A DNA stretch of 63,817 nt, filler included, from Octopus bimaculoides (GCF_001194135.2; 10 parts of 9 records of this genome joined end to end with filler, not necessarily neighbours in it), one strand, 5' to 3'. Positions 38,205-52,831 are shown, counted from the first letter of the whole stretch. Translations and numbers: made by a program. The notes: a model not told the origin generated them from the sequence alone.

Positions 38205-40879
38205 CCTAACTCTTACACACATATACTCACCCACACATACTCTGTGCAAAATTTGCGTATAGTAAAGGTAAAGAACCTGTTTATGTTACGGCGAAGCGCA
38301 ATTAAAACTGGTGTCATGTGACTATAATTCGAGCGCCTTAAACATGAACCTATTTACTAATATACTTAATGTTGTGGAAAACATTGATTCCTCTATCAAT
38401 CTATAAACAATGTCATCTATTTAACGTTATTGATTGAGGTATTATTTGATTACATTCACGCCAGTACTTGACTAATTCTTATTCTATTACTACTGAGCGA
38501 ATGAAACACAGTCATCTCTTGTACCATTTCAACTCAGGAAATAAAGGGATATAACCAAATACTCAAAAACCTCCTTTTTACGCAATGCTCAACCGTTTTT
38601 CCTAATGGCCGATCTAAACGAAATAATACTAATATAAAAACATTGATGATTATGAATACCATTAATGAATCGCAATGTTATTAGAAATCTCGAAACTAAA
38701 GGTTATTGTGAAACTGAATTTATGTTAAACAGAAATACACGGATAATAAAGTATTTACAAATATATAAAAAGTTGAAATTAAAGTGGAATCTGTATATTT
38801 TAACAGTAGCATACAAAGATTTCTGAAATATTTTGATCAAATCATGTGTCATTAAAATAAAGCATTGTTCTTAGTTCCTCTGTAATCAAATGCTCAATAA
38901 CAGTAGCTAATATCTGATTTTCATTGAAGATATTCACCTTGTCTCGCATGATCGCACTTCAGATTTATAGAAGGTTAACATGCATTATTGTACATCATCG
39001 ATATCGGGATTAAATCAATCATTCATAAACTGTATATATTTATTGAATCATTTTAAAACATAATTTTTCTTTAGATGTTTAAAATTTTGAACAGTTCAAA
39101 GTCGTTACAAAAGAATATATTAAAAAGCCTTTGTATTGCACGAGTGCAATTAAAGTACATTAAGATAAATTTTATCACATCGATCTATTCCTTTTAAACG
39201 TTTTATCATTTGTCCATTATCCGAACGACAAGTACTAATTTATATTCATATAGAAGTCAGCTATTTCCTTCACGTGCTTTTCTTTGTCAACCATGTCGAA
39301 TATATATATCCATTAAAATATTGTTTCACCTTTATTTCTATATAATAAGCCAATTATTCTTCCTGTGACAATGAATTCATTCTTCGTTCTGAGTTTGCAT
39401 ATAAGAGTTTTGCATTAAATGTATGCTGAGTAAATGTGTAATTTATTGATGGAAATGACATCTAATTTATATATACTCATTCATCTGTCATTGCTGTCCT
39501 TTTATATTTCTCTTCTTTTGATGCAATATTTTTATTCGTTATTAAGATTAATTTTTATTTTACCACTAATATGGGTGCGGTTGGCTTAAGCGGAAATCTC
39601 GACGACTTAATTAATTAGTGTACTGTGATTAATTCATAGTGCACTGTGCAGCGCTTTTGGATAACTTGAAATATGATGTATAATTATTTTTAATAAATAT
39701 AATTTTAGTGTCCATGTGGAAACAAGATATAAAAAAAAGCTGGTGACAGTATAGGTTTTAACTCTCTGTAGTGAGAAAAGATGTATAAACTTGACAAATA
39801 TAAAGTCTTCTGAGATCTTCATTAGAAAAACAACCGCCACCTTGCACCCACGGATTGCTTAGTCCTTTATAATGTATACAAACCTCAACTCATCTTAAGT
39901 AGTCTGCCTGATGTATACAAAAGTGCATGAACTGAAAACATCTGTTAATTAAAGCTTGGTGCCAAAGGTATAGATTTCAAGAACAAAATTTCAAGTGTAA
40001 AATTTTATATTTTTTCTTAGTGCGGCTAAGATTGTCTACTAATGTTAAATACGCAATAAATATTTAGTTTGTGTGCACTATAAAATCTAATAATCTCTTC
40101 GTGGACATTCTTTGGATAGACAGTCTTTGACTGATGTGGGTTCAAGAAGGCGAGAAATTAATTACTTTTACCCCAAAGGAATGAAACCTATGTGTGCTAT
40201 TCAGCTTACTTTTTCAGAGTGAGGTTAAAAACTATAATTTTATCGAAGAAAACTCAATAAATAAAATTACATTTCTAATTAGAGATACTCACAAATTATA
40301 GGAAGTATGATCCTGAAAGGAGAATTCGAATTCAAAGGTAGAATACAAATGATGTGGGTGAGTCATTTAGTTCACGAAACCAATGTAAAGATCCACAAAT
40401 ACTCCCCACGAAGTAATCAATGCTTATACACGCTATGGTAATAGAGAATATAGCATTTTCATCGTTTCTCGTTTGCAAATATTTTCATTTCAGTGTAAAC
40501 AACTGCTGCGTGAATATATACCTTTCTAAAATCCCGAATTATATTAAAAGACTCATATAAAGCTTCGAAACCTCGCTCAGAGAGAAACTTTCTTGTCGAA
40601 CGTTTACAATTTTGAAGCTTACAATACACTACGAAGCAGTACATACAAATACGCTTATACATTATCTAAAGATATAAATGATTTTAACAAGGTCAACTTA
40701 CAAAGAGCACAATTAATTTTGTGAAATGAAAATTCTATAAATAAGAAACCGGAATTTTGCAATATTATTTCATTGACTTTTATTACATGTGTATACTTTT
40801 ATCGCCTTGAAAATATTTTCTATTTGAAGCAATACATCGATCCATATGTGTTTGTCCACTATTGGAAGCAGTGTGAAGT

Positions 40880-41553
40880 GATGTTTTTAACGCCTACGTC
40901 GCTTTTGCTTTCATCTCTTCCACACCAACAAACTCTGTAGCACCAGCTTTCGTCACCAGTTATGACATTCGAAGAAAGGCCCGGATCAACCTCCAGCTGT
41001 CCTTTCAGTTAACGATACGCATTCAGTCGAGATTACTTTTGATTTTCCGTGAGTAAGCGAGGCACAAATTTGGCTGCAGTTCTTTTCATTCGCAATTCCT
41101 CGTTCAAAATTCGTTGGCTGGAGCTCAAGGACACATTAATCAAGTTCGCCAATTGTCCGGTGAGGGTCCTCCAAATCAGTTCATGAATTTTCATGATGTT
41201 TTCATTCGTACTGGAGGACCTGAACGAGGTTGGTCCTCAAGCGATAAGTTACCATTCCTAAAGCATGAAAACCATTCGTAAACCTGTTTTTTTGCTCATG
41301 ACAGCGGCTTTATAAGCTGTTTGAAGCATGACAACTGTTTGGCTACCGTTTTCAGCAATCGTAAAATCGACAAACAGGGGAGAACCACAGCAAAACAAAG
41401 ACGTACCACATGGCTGTATGACCTCCTTGGAAAACGCAGATCGGCAGAGTGATACCTGAGGGTTGTATCAAGTGGCTTCTGGCGGCGGAAGCCTGAACCA
41501 CTAACGCTTGTTCCACAAAGAAATTTTCCGGTTACTTTTGGGTACTCTCTCGT
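40880..41553 (-). mobile_element. Decayed mariner element (5' TIR to first catalytic Asp)
   Basis: TIR-like ACGAGAGAGTACCCAAAAGTAACCGGAA at the 5' end; hand translation gives VYEWFSCFRNGNLSLEDQPRSG, AAKFVPRLLTENQK and VITGDESWCY. Confidence 0.9.
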
Positions 41554-41769
41554 TTACGAATTATTCTTGTACAAAGGAAACAATGGAAGTATCTTCTATT
41601 TAGATTTATGTACACAGCTAAATATCTCTCGCTCTTTCATTCATTCTGATCCATCCCTCTCTCTCTCTCTCTCTCTCTCTGATTGTTTGTCTCTCTATAT
41701 ATACAAGTAGATATATTTGCATGTGTATAACGTAAAAGCACACATATACATATATGCATAGCATACATG

Positions 41770-41839
<70 letters not shown>

Positions 41840-42731
41840 CATATATATGCATGTATGCATACATATGTGTTTGTGTGTTTGTGTGTTTGTGTGTGTATGT
41901 GTCTGTGTCCATGTTTGTGTGTATCCCTTGGTAGAAGTATATATGAGAAATTAGTATAATGGTTACCCAGGCAAAGGAGAAACAACATAAGATTATATTT
42001 TTATAAGGAGATTATTACTGAAATACGCATTTGTGCAAATCCTAGGTATATTTTGAAATCTCTATTTGTCATACTTGTTTGCTATTTTTCGACATCTTGT
42101 AAATTTTCTTTTCGAATTTTGCACCATATTAAATCGACATCATATAATATGACCTTTCTATTTAAGGGCACATTATGTACATATGTCCTAAGAATTCCAC
42201 AATAAGATTTAGATGCAAAACAAAATTATCTACCAGATATGTGATTGAAGAAAATTTCATCGTTCGCAATCTAGCTTCGATCACTAATGAAGAATTAACG
42301 AAGATATAACATGCTATATGCTATCTTCTGGAAAGTTGTAGAAAGGTGAAAAGCGAAAATATCTCTCTATCTGTATCAGCAGCAATCAAATATAGCATGT
42401 AGCGTACATATGTACGAGGTAAATAATGAATATTTTATGTAAGACATTTTAGATAAATTACTCAAAGTTAGTGAATGTGAAATAAAACGCCGGAAATACT
42501 ATTATAGAACTTCCATTATATAGCATCCGCAATATATCAACTAGGGTACATTCAAATTCTAATATACACTCAGGTATGCTTAAATATACATGTATATACA
42601 TGCACAACCATAGCCACACACTTACACACACAAGCACATGCATATACGTACACAAATGTATATATATATGTATATTATATATGTATGTATTAATGTATAT
42701 CTATGTACATATACGTGCACATATATATATA

Positions 42732-42778
<47 letters not shown>

Positions 42779-44589
42779 GCACATGTATTTATACACATAC
42801 GTACATACACACTCGTATCTATTCATATATCTCTAAATGTCTGTATATGTGTGTGTACATTTACATATACACACAAACACACCCACATGTAATGCTTAGT
42901 CATATAACCGTGTATGTATATATGGATAAAAACAAGAAAAAATGTACACATCTAATGCCAGATGTTAAGCTCATGAGATTTCTAATTATTATAGACTAGA
43001 TATGGTCGTAATCAAATAATTACTTTTTAGTTGAGCTTGGTACATCAGTTGTCAAGTTAATTAGTGTTTTAGTTGGGCAAGTTGCTTAATCAATATTCAA
43101 TGTTGGCTGATGTTTTTCAGCTCGTGGCCAATGTTTGATAAGTTGAAAGATATTCATAAGAAAGAAGATGAGGAGGTGTTTAACTCCGGTAAAACTAATA
43201 ATTGTAGTTGAATTTAAACAGTTTGTCTGTCTGTATTCGCTATACGTTCAGTTAATGTTCATTTCTGATTATTTATTAAGCTGTGCATGATAAATAAAAT
43301 AAATACATATTAACTGTTTCGATATGTTGCACATGATTCTTGAACACGTTCTTCACTTCACTACTTTCCTTTAACCATCTGCCTTCAGAGTTGAATATTT
43401 TTTGTATTTTCGTGTTGTTTCGGTTTACTTCCTGTTGCTTTCGGTTCAATATAAAAAGAACACCTCTAATTCGTGGCCTCATCAAATTGAGGTGACGTGG
43501 TAAACTTTCTCAGTGCTATGGTTTTTACTAGACAGCATTTTAAGAGATACCTAAATGAGTGGTGAAATCTGAAAGTACATCTCCGTCCCCTTGTTTTCTC
43601 TCTTATATGTCAAAGTTCGGAACAAGACCTTCGAGAATCGTACATCATACACGCCCCCCCCCACACACACACACACAATGACTGTCCTTATCATCAGTAT
43701 GTAGACGAACAGTGATGTTATGTGTGGAAGCATTTGTGATAATCATATTCTCAAATTCAGAATTTCTCCATTCTACAATCTCCCTAGTTAGTAGATAAGG
43801 CGTGGCCTGCTAAGTGGTCAGAGTTGTGAGATATAGTCAGATATATTTAAACCAGGAGATATCCATAAAGTGAATATCAGTTCGTGTAAATGTTCTTTGT
43901 ACCTAGTCACGTATTGCAAGAAACCAACCGGAGAGGAGTTCAGAAGAACCACGGTCTATGAACTGAAATTTAATTCCATTCAGAAGATTTCAGTCGTCAT
44001 TATATTAGAGAGTTTATATTCAATGAGAAATATTTAGTGGATCTCGGTTTCGTAATATTTTGTGGTGAATATTGTTATTGTTCTTGTTTAGTCCTATGTT
44101 AACCTTGATTTAGCGTACTAGAATAAAGTAGATAATTTTCTACTGGTGCAGTATAATATATTGAATTATTCTATAATTTAATGTGTTCTCCCAGCTTTTA
44201 GAATGCGATTAGAAGTAAATTTGATCGCTCGACCATGTAGAACCTGCGCTACTGGTTCACGATAGTTTTATATTAGTGAATTACCTAATTCAAGACAAAC
44301 ATGTATGTTTGAATACATGTCAGTTATATTAATACTAATTACTTCTAACATACACACACGATCACACTATTCCTGTAAAGATTTTCGTCGATTAGATCAA
44401 GCTCTGTAATTCTGATAGTACTTATTTTATCTCTTTTGATAATACATTAGGAAGAGTTAATCGTCTTATTATGACATAAAGGGGCGTAATTTACTACGCT
44501 GTGCATTTATCGAACAGCCATATTGATATTATATGTAACTTTTCCTGATTTCCCCCATAGAAGAAAACTTATGAAGTTTTCTAGTTTTG

Positions 44590-45250
44590 CGTAGTATCTT
44601 TCTACAGTGGGCGTTATATCTGCCTGCTGTCCGTCGGCCCTTCTGTCTGTCTGTCTGTCTGTCAGTCAGTTCCGTCTTCACGTTCCAACGGCTGAACCAA
44701 TTGTCACAATGTTTTTCTGGATTACGAAGGAGGTAATAAAGGATGTTTTTAGCGAAAAAAAAAATGTGAAAAAGTATGATTATTTAGTGGATATTTAGTT
44801 TTTTGTTAATGAATCACCTTTGATTTTTTTTGTTAAAATCTCGGTGACGAGAATTAACTGTGGATTTCTCCCCCGTATAATTCGTGAATTTAGAGGGTTT
44901 AGATTTGCGATACTATCCCTTTATTTTCTATCGTAGAAGGGCAGACTTGCTATCCTACTTTAATGGGCGCTATGTCCGTCTGTCCGTCTCTTTGCCTGTT
45001 CCCTCTACACGGCCAAACGTCTGGACCAATGGTTACGATATTTTTCAGGATTACAAAAACGGTCGTCAGGAAGGTTTTTAGCATTAAAATCAGAAAGTAT
45101 GATTATTTCGTGGATATCGAGTTTTGAATTGATAAACCACATTCGCAATTTTGTTAAAAATTCACCGACCTCGAGTAACTCTGGATTTTCATTGATAGTT
45201 CGTAGCCCATAGATAGTTTGTAGTTCATCGATGGTACGAAGGGGGTCACG
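44590..45250 (+). mobile_element. Two tandem diverged copies of a non-autonomous element, Helentron/DINE-like
   Basis: 44590-44880 and 44950-45200 align: GGGCG(T/C)TAT, a (GTCT/GTCC)n tract, AACG(G/T)CTG(A/G)ACCAAT, AAAGTATGATTATTT..GTGGATAT. The class is inferred from these motifs. Confidence 0.45.
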
Positions 45251-45648
45251 AGGACGGTTAATAGCGAAAAAAATAAAATGGAAAAAGCATATGCCAGTAT
45301 ATAGTGTTATGCGAGTATGTAAGTCTTGAGCAAGATTCGAGACGGCTAATCGAAGCGGCTGTTGTTTACATCTCAGATTTGCCAATCAAAATAACCCATA
45401 GTACCAGAACATCCAGAAATTATTCGCAAAGAACAGTGAGAGGTAAGTCTTAGTTTGAATTTTTGCAACCCTAAAGATTCCGCTCGCTCATTCACAGCAA
45501 AGAAGGCACAGGGCCAGATTTGAGATAGTGTAGGTATATTTTTACCCACTCCGATGATTACAGACGGCCAGTCATACGTTTCTATAAGTAGATCAACGGA
45601 CTTCAGTAATTTGAAAATTGTTGCCGACCAAACAGAAAATACCGTCTA

Positions 45649-46842
45649 CACTGGTGGAATCTCTCTCGCAGAACACGGTTTACTTTGAACATTTTTGACA
45701 AAATGTCGTACTTTAGAAGTTATTTCGTGTTAAAGTTATCGTATTTGAGTAATTTTGACCAACCAACGACGTGTATTCAGTTGAACAAAGTTACTGCTGT
45801 TTGCGATAGTAATCGAAGAGGAACAACTTTCGGATCATCTTTACTAAATGTCACCACTCTGTTCTATATTATTTTTTGTTTATTGCCTGTGTTGCATATT
45901 ACACGCTTTGTTTTTCATTTGATTCTCGCGTCGGAGTAACCAGTAAACATCGAAAAATCAACACCAAGAAGGAAGGAATATTATTTGCATATATTTATTC
46001 GTTTGCCCGACAGCGGTATTTTATCCTCACATAAAGCGGACCGGTGTTTAAAAGACCTATAGAGTTACGGGTCCGCAGCTAGTGTCTTTGTTGTTGACGT
46101 GTATGTAGTTTCAAATTGCCTTATTTTACAACTATGAGACTGTAGTGATTTTACCTTACTATAATCAACAACAAACACATTTCGTCAATATAAAAGTCTT
46201 TATTAGATTGAAAATAACATTTTCAAAACATGAAGTTAAAAGAAAACAAATATGCTTTGTTTTCTTCCAGGCACCAATATGCTGTAGCCGTAGGCTTTCA
46301 CGTTATTCACCAACTGATATTTCCTCTCTCAAAAATCAGTGGAATCAGTCGATATCCATACACAAATTATTTTCCTCCTCAAACTTATGAAAATGAACAC
46401 ATATTAGGCGCACCTTTTTATAAGCTGCACTTCAAATTATCCAGGTAAAAAACAGCAGCTTATACACCGGAAAATGCGGTAATTGTAGTGGTAATGATAA
46501 GTTCGCTTGCTGGTTGCTAGTTGACAGTGGCTGTTTGCCAATAGAGAGGGAAAGAGTAATGAATACACGGCGCTGACTAGAATGGAAGAAAGGATAAAGG
46601 TGACATCGTCTTCGCTCGGCATAGGAATAGAACGGAGTGGTGACATTTAGTAGAGATGACCCGGAAGTTGTTCTTCTTAAATTACTATCACAAACAGGAG
46701 TAGCTTTCTTCAACAGAATACACGTCGTTGGTTGGGTAAAATTATCTAAATACGACTTTAACACGAAATAACTTCTAAAATACAAACTTTTGTCAAAAAT
46801 GTTCAAAGTAAACCGTGTTCTGCGTGAGAGATTCCGCCAGTA
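45649..46842. mobile_element. Non-autonomous DNA transposon with ~215-bp terminal inverted repeats
   Basis: 45649-45866 is the reverse complement of 46628-46842 (twin ORFs MNIFDK..YFRSYFVLK). The ends are TA-CACTGGTGGAATC and GATTCCGCCAGTA. A pogo-like TIR (GCTTATACACCGGAAAATGCGGTA) lies inside near 46457-46480. Confidence 0.8.
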
Positions 46843-47191
46843 TGCGATGTTTCAAACTGTTTAGTTAAAAAAAATTCATCAAAAAATCTGTGAGCTAAAC
46901 TGAACAGATCCAATAACGATCAAATTAAGTGGTAAGCATGGAAAAACAGTATAGGTAATGATTACAATAGATATAAAATTATATAAATATAATTATAATT
47001 AGGGGTATAGAGAGCTACCACGATGCTAAATATAGCAGTCAAACCTGACTCTAAAACCACACCAAGTATTCATATTTTATGAAAACATGATGTGGTTTTA
47101 GAGTCAGTTTTGAAAGCTATATTTAGCATGGCGGTACCTCTCCAGTATCCTTAATTATAATTATATTTATATAATTATCTCTCTCTCTCTT

Positions 47192-47244
<53 letters not shown>

Positions 47245-47344
47245 NNNNNNNNNNNNNNNNNNNNNNNNNNNNNNNNNNNNNNNNNNNNTTAATTAATTAA
47301 NNNNNNNNNNNNNNNNNNNNNNNNNNNNNNNNNNNNNNNNNNNN

Positions 47345-47496
47345 CCCTATGCTCCGTGCTGTTTCACCTACATACGTCGTTGTCTTGTTACTGCCTTGTC
47401 CCTCTGTACATCTTATATTATAGACCACATTTCTAGTTTTACAGTTTGTTTGTGGGCTAAATCTACATACAGTACAGTTCCTATCAGTGCAGGGGG

Positions 47497-47497
<1 letters not shown>
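47345..47497 (-). mobile_element. Penelope-like GIY-YIG N-terminal fragment
   Basis: CTDRNCTVC...NCKTRNVVYNIRC...YVGETARSIG; cut by the spacer. Confidence 0.85.
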
Positions 47498-47549
<52 letters not shown>

Positions 47550-47788
47550 TATATAGTCAATCCAAACATGAACAAGCAAGAAAAAAACAATAACGCGAGG
47601 ATGTGGAATAAGTACAGTGTTACTGGACGCTCAGGAAAGGAAAGAAAAGAAAGAGGATCTCACGTTTTGAGCAGAGCTCTACATCAGAAACATAGAAAAA
47701 GTTCAAAGAAGGGAAGAGGGAGAAAGAAAATCACCAACGATATCCACGCGGTCACATATTGAAAAAAAAATATATATATATACATATA

Positions 47789-48414
47789 GGCACAGGAGTG
47801 GCTATGTGAGAAGAAGCTTGGTTCCCAACCACATGGNNNNNNNNNNNNNNNNNNNNNNNNNNNNNNNNNNNNNNNNNNNNNNNNNNNNNNNNNNNNNNNN
47901 NNNNNNNNNNNNNNNNNNNNNNNNNNNNNNNNNNNNNNNNNNNNNNNNNNNNNNNNNNNNNNNNNNNNNNNNNNNNNNNNNNNNNNNNNNNNNNNNNNNN
48001 NNNNNNNNNNNNNNNNNNNNNNNNNNNNNNNNNNNNNNNNNNNNNNNNNNNNNNNNNNNNNNNNNNNNNNNNNNNNNNNNNNNNNNNNNNNNNNNNNNNN
48101 NNNNNNNNNNNNNNNNNNNNNNNNNNNNNNNNNNNNNNNNNNNNNNNNNNNNNNNNNNNNNNNNNNNNNNNNNNTATATATATATACATATATTTATGTG
48201 TTTGTATCTGTGTTTGTCCCCCCACCGTTGTTTGACAACCAATGTTGATGTGTTTACGCCCCACCTCTGTAACTTAGCAGTTCATCAAAAAGAGACTGAT
48301 AGAATAAGTACAAGGCTTACAAAGAATAAGTCCTGGGTCGATTTGTTCAACTAAAGGTAGTGCTCCAGCATGGCCACAGTCAAATGACTGAAACAAGTAA
48401 AAGAATAAAAGAAT
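47789..48414 (+). mobile_element. SINE family A, full-length with internal gap
   Basis: Head GGCACAGGAGTGGCT and tail GTGCTCCAGCATGGCC..GACTGAAACAAGTAAAAGAATAAAAGAAT. Confidence 0.9.
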
Positions 48415-49708
48415 ATGTATACATATATTCATATACATATGTGTGTGCGTGTGTATGTATGTGCGTGTGTGTATGTATGTATGTATGTGCATGTGTGTAT
48501 GTATGTATGTATGAAAGAACAACAGTTTTATTTATGAGAGTTGTACATTTCCATGAGTGTAGTTTGAACCAGGGAGTAACTGCCAGATATTTGGTTCATC
48601 TAGTCAGTTATGTTACCTCATAGTTACATAATTCTGATCCCATTAGTAGATTGTTACTCGTTTTTGTCTCAAATTACTTCTTTTAATGTGTTGTGTCTGT
48701 TTTGTCTGTCGTCTGCCACCTTACTAACATAGCCTAGCCATCATTCAATGTCTTATTCAACAACACAACACATTACCAAAAACAAAGTTTTAAATATATC
48801 CAGCAAATCCTGGCTTTAACTGTCAAGTTAACGCATCTTTATGTATCTATACAGAAAATATAATGAAAGTATTGAAAAGCCATGAAGCCCAGAGGAATTT
48901 CATCAATGACTACTGGAATCATTAGAAGAACTGTTTTCAGTTTGCTTTACTGATTTTCTCTTCTAATAATAGTAGAGAATATTTTTGGTTATGAATAAAT
49001 ATCTAAAATTGAATCTCTCAAAATGAGCTTTGAAGATTAATGTTTTTTTTCTATCTTTTTAACTGCAGTGTTTGTGGTGCAGTGTGTATTTAATATTTTT
49101 TTTATATATTTATACATACATACACACTCACATAATTAGATGTTTTTGAATAGATAAATATGCATACATGCACGAATATCTGTACATATATTCATACATA
49201 AAAATACACACTCAGGTTTTGTAATACAAACATATAAACAGATACATACATCTACACAGACATACATATGTATATTCATTTACATACATACATGTATTCA
49301 TACATAAATATCCACTTCACTTTTTATACATACATACATATTTATGTATACATATCTATAAATACAAGAACTTAAACCCACACACACACTTATTTCTGTG
49401 TCTATGTATGTAAAAGGTTTTAGCTTCATTATACATTTATGCCTAGTAATGTGTCTGTGGTGTGGAGTGAGGTTTTATTATTCAGCTCCATCCATATTTT
49501 CAAGTTGGTATGTTTTGGACTATTTTCTACAATTCAAATATCTGTACTTTTTTCTTCATTGACATCCACTTCCATTTCTGTGTAGGCTGGTACATAACAT
49601 TTGAGCTGTGACCTCAACTTTCCCTATATGACCTTATTCATAGTAGGTGTCAGCAATCTCATTCAAGCTAATATTAAATCTGTCTAGATCCTCATTATCT
49701 TGGGACAC

Positions 49709-49709
<1 letters not shown>

Positions 49710-49777
<68 letters not shown>

Positions 49778-49885
49778 AGGTTGGAAGGTTTGACAGAATG
49801 GCATGGTTTCTATAGCCAGTTGCCCTTTCTAATGTCAACCATGTTATAAAGTGTACTGGGTATTTTTCATTCCACCAGGCACCTT
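49710..49885 (-). mobile_element. RTE-type element 3' UTR fragment with (GAT)n tail
   Basis: Reverse-complement similarity to 63640-63800; (CAT)n on the plus strand at 49711-49777. Confidence 0.65.
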
Positions 49886-50317
49886 GCTAGACTATGAATC
49901 CTTTGGAGGAAGATCGTTAATTTATGCTAGAAGATGAGGGTTTAATGTATGAAAAAAGGGGCCAACAGAGAAGGTTCCTTGCTGTGGAAGAGCTGCATGA
50001 CTTAACATTTGTAGAAGAAATGGTGAGAATGATTGGTGGGAGCTAGGAAACAATGAAAATTCTGGTAATGAGGTGTCTAGGTGCCCACCCCACTCAAAGT
50101 ACAAGATGAGTAGAAGTGAGTAGGAACAGAAAGAGACTATGAGTATGGATGGGTGGAAGTTGCAAAAGTATATGGGCATCCTGGACAGAGGAACTCCTGG
50201 TTCCTTTGTTCCTTACTCACATCATAACTTGAGGAGTAGAAATGAGTGAACAATAAACAACTCATTGCTGGATCACACACTTTCTCAGTTGGTAATATTC
50301 AAAAACATCATTCTACC

Positions 50318-50442
50318 ATGGTCGACTTTGTGTTTTATCCTTTTGTGGTTGATAAATCTGTACCAGTTGACCACTGAGGTCAATGTAATCAACTAATACC
50401 TGCCCCCGAAATTGCTGGCCTTGTGTCAAAATTTGAAACCTT
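50318..50442 (+). mobile_element. SINE family B 3' half, CpG-decayed
   Basis: Aligns to 36110-36228 with CpG to TpG/CpA changes. Confidence 0.8.
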
Positions 50443-50943
50443 CATTCAAGAACATTATTTAAGATGATTGGTTATGCTTTGAGAAAGTCCCAAAATACCT
50501 CTGGTTACACTTTTGAATCTCCAGAATTGATCTTCAACAGCTTGCTGTAAGTGGAAGAATTCTATGAATTTTCTTTGTGAATTCTCAACAGAAAATGTTT
50601 TACATGTTCAGACTGTATAAACTAACTCTGAGAAATTGGATGGCAGGCATGCTGGGATACTGGCAGGAAAGATTTAATCACTTATATTAATCTCTGAGTT
50701 TGGAATTGGTACTTATTTTATTAGTCACTTTTTCCCAAAATACTAATTCATGGGAACATAAACAAACCAGCACTGGATGTCAAGCAGCAAGACTCAAACA
50801 CAAAAATGCACATACACACATATACATACATGCATATATACATTCGTGCATACATACACACATACATGCCATGAAATCCTCTCATGTAGCCGACAAATGC
50901 TAAAAGGCACAGAATCTCTATCATCCAAGGAAATTTTCATCAG

Positions 50944-51228
50944 TACCAGAGTATCATATAATTTCACAGTAGATTGCAAACCTTCAACACTAGCTAGCCA
51001 AGCAGTGAATGCCAATTCAAAAATCAATCAAACCAGTATAGTGTAACACTGACCAAATAGCCAGTGATGTCGCAAGAAGCTAGCAGACTATGAATAAAAT
51101 TCACTATTAGCAACAGAAGCAACCTTTTTCACAAATATTAATTAGCACTGATTTTTACTCTGGCATTCAATGCTTGACTAGCTATTGTTGATGATCTGCA
51201 ATTTACAGTGAAACCATGTGGTACAGTA
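50944..51228. repeat. Diverged inverted repeat (~83-bp arms, ~118-bp spacer)
   Basis: 13 differences in a 66-nt core by hand alignment. Confidence 0.8.
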
Positions 51229-51551
51229 ATGCCATCTACTAGTTCTGACATAAATTGCATCAGCTGGTATAATGAATGGTTTTTAGAATTTGCTATCTTC
51301 ACAAGATGATTTCCTGGGATGTTCACTGCAGTCTAAAATATTCTAGACAACACATCCAAGTTAGGTTGGATGTGCTAATTAATATTCATTTGTTCCTAAT
51401 GGCGTATATATATATATATATGTGTATGTGTGTGTGTGTGTGTGTGTGTGTNNNNNNNNNNNNNNNNNNNNNNNNNNNNNNNNNNNNNNNNNNNNTTAAT
51501 TAATTAANNNNNNNNNNNNNNNNNNNNNNNNNNNNNNNNNNNNNNNNNNNN

Positions 51552-51591
<40 letters not shown>

Positions 51592-51840
51592 ATTTATACG
51601 TATGTGTTTGTATGCATGAATGTGTGTATGTGTGTCCGTGCGCGTGCGTGTGTGTTTGTGCGTGTGTGTGTGTGTGTGCGTGTGCGTGTGTGAATGTATC
51701 TCTGCATCCACAAGTAAGGCAAGGACTGATGCACCGAGAGATGCCGTTGTTGTCGACAGGCAAGATGGAAGATGTCTACATCTCATAATGGCGTATTGAT
51801 TGGATACAGTTAGGATTACAACAGTAATAAGAACAACTGA

Positions 51841-51879
<39 letters not shown>

Positions 51880-51990
51880 CGGTACTGCCACCACCACCAT
51901 CGCAGGAAAAAAGACACACAACCTGAGATTGGACAAGGACAACAACAACTACCTCTACTACTACTACGATTACTGCGCCTGTTACTGCTA

Positions 51991-52033
<43 letters not shown>

Positions 52034-52043
52034 ACTTCCAACA

Positions 52044-52103
<60 letters not shown>

Positions 52104-52400
52104 NNNNNNNNNNNNNNNNNNNNNNNNNNNNNNNNNNNNNNNNNNNNNNNNNNNNNNNNNNNNNNNNNNNNNNNNNNNNNNNNNNNNNNNNNNNNNNNNN
52201 NNNNNNNNNNNNNNNNNNNNNNNNNNNNNNNNNNNNNNNNNNNNNNNNNNNNNNNNNNNNNNNNNNNNNNNNNNNNNNNNNNNNNNNNNNNNNNNNNNNN
52301 NNNNNNNNNNNNNNNNNNNNNNNNNNNNNNNNNNNNNNNNNNNNNNNNNNNNNNNNNNNNNNNNNNNNNNNNNNNNNNNNNNNNNNNNNNNNNNNNNNNN

Positions 52401-52483
<83 letters not shown>

Positions 52484-52831
52484 GCAAAACACTTTCAATA
52501 CAGTAAACATAAGAGCACCACAGCAAACCACAGCACATAACCAAGGCGCACAGAGCTGCGCTCGGTAGTAAAGTGAAAGCACGTTATAAAAATAAAACTA
52601 CTGAACAATAATAATAATAATAATAATAATAGTACCATCGCCACAACTACCACCTAAGCCATATATTAAGGTAATGGACGATGACCTCTACAACAAAAAT
52701 TGAAGTGATAATAAAAGCAACAACATTTTAATGGAACTCCACTGACAACAACAAAGACATGGCTGAAACAAAGTATAGCTTAAAGAAATATCGACGAAAT
52801 ATCAGCACAAAATCAACAGCTATGTGAACAA

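Noticed and set aside
45685-46806. Twin ORFs MNIFDK.. as paralogous genes (likewise MVVSAIII.. at 19629/20019)
   Set aside because: They are translations of inverted-repeat arms, not genes.
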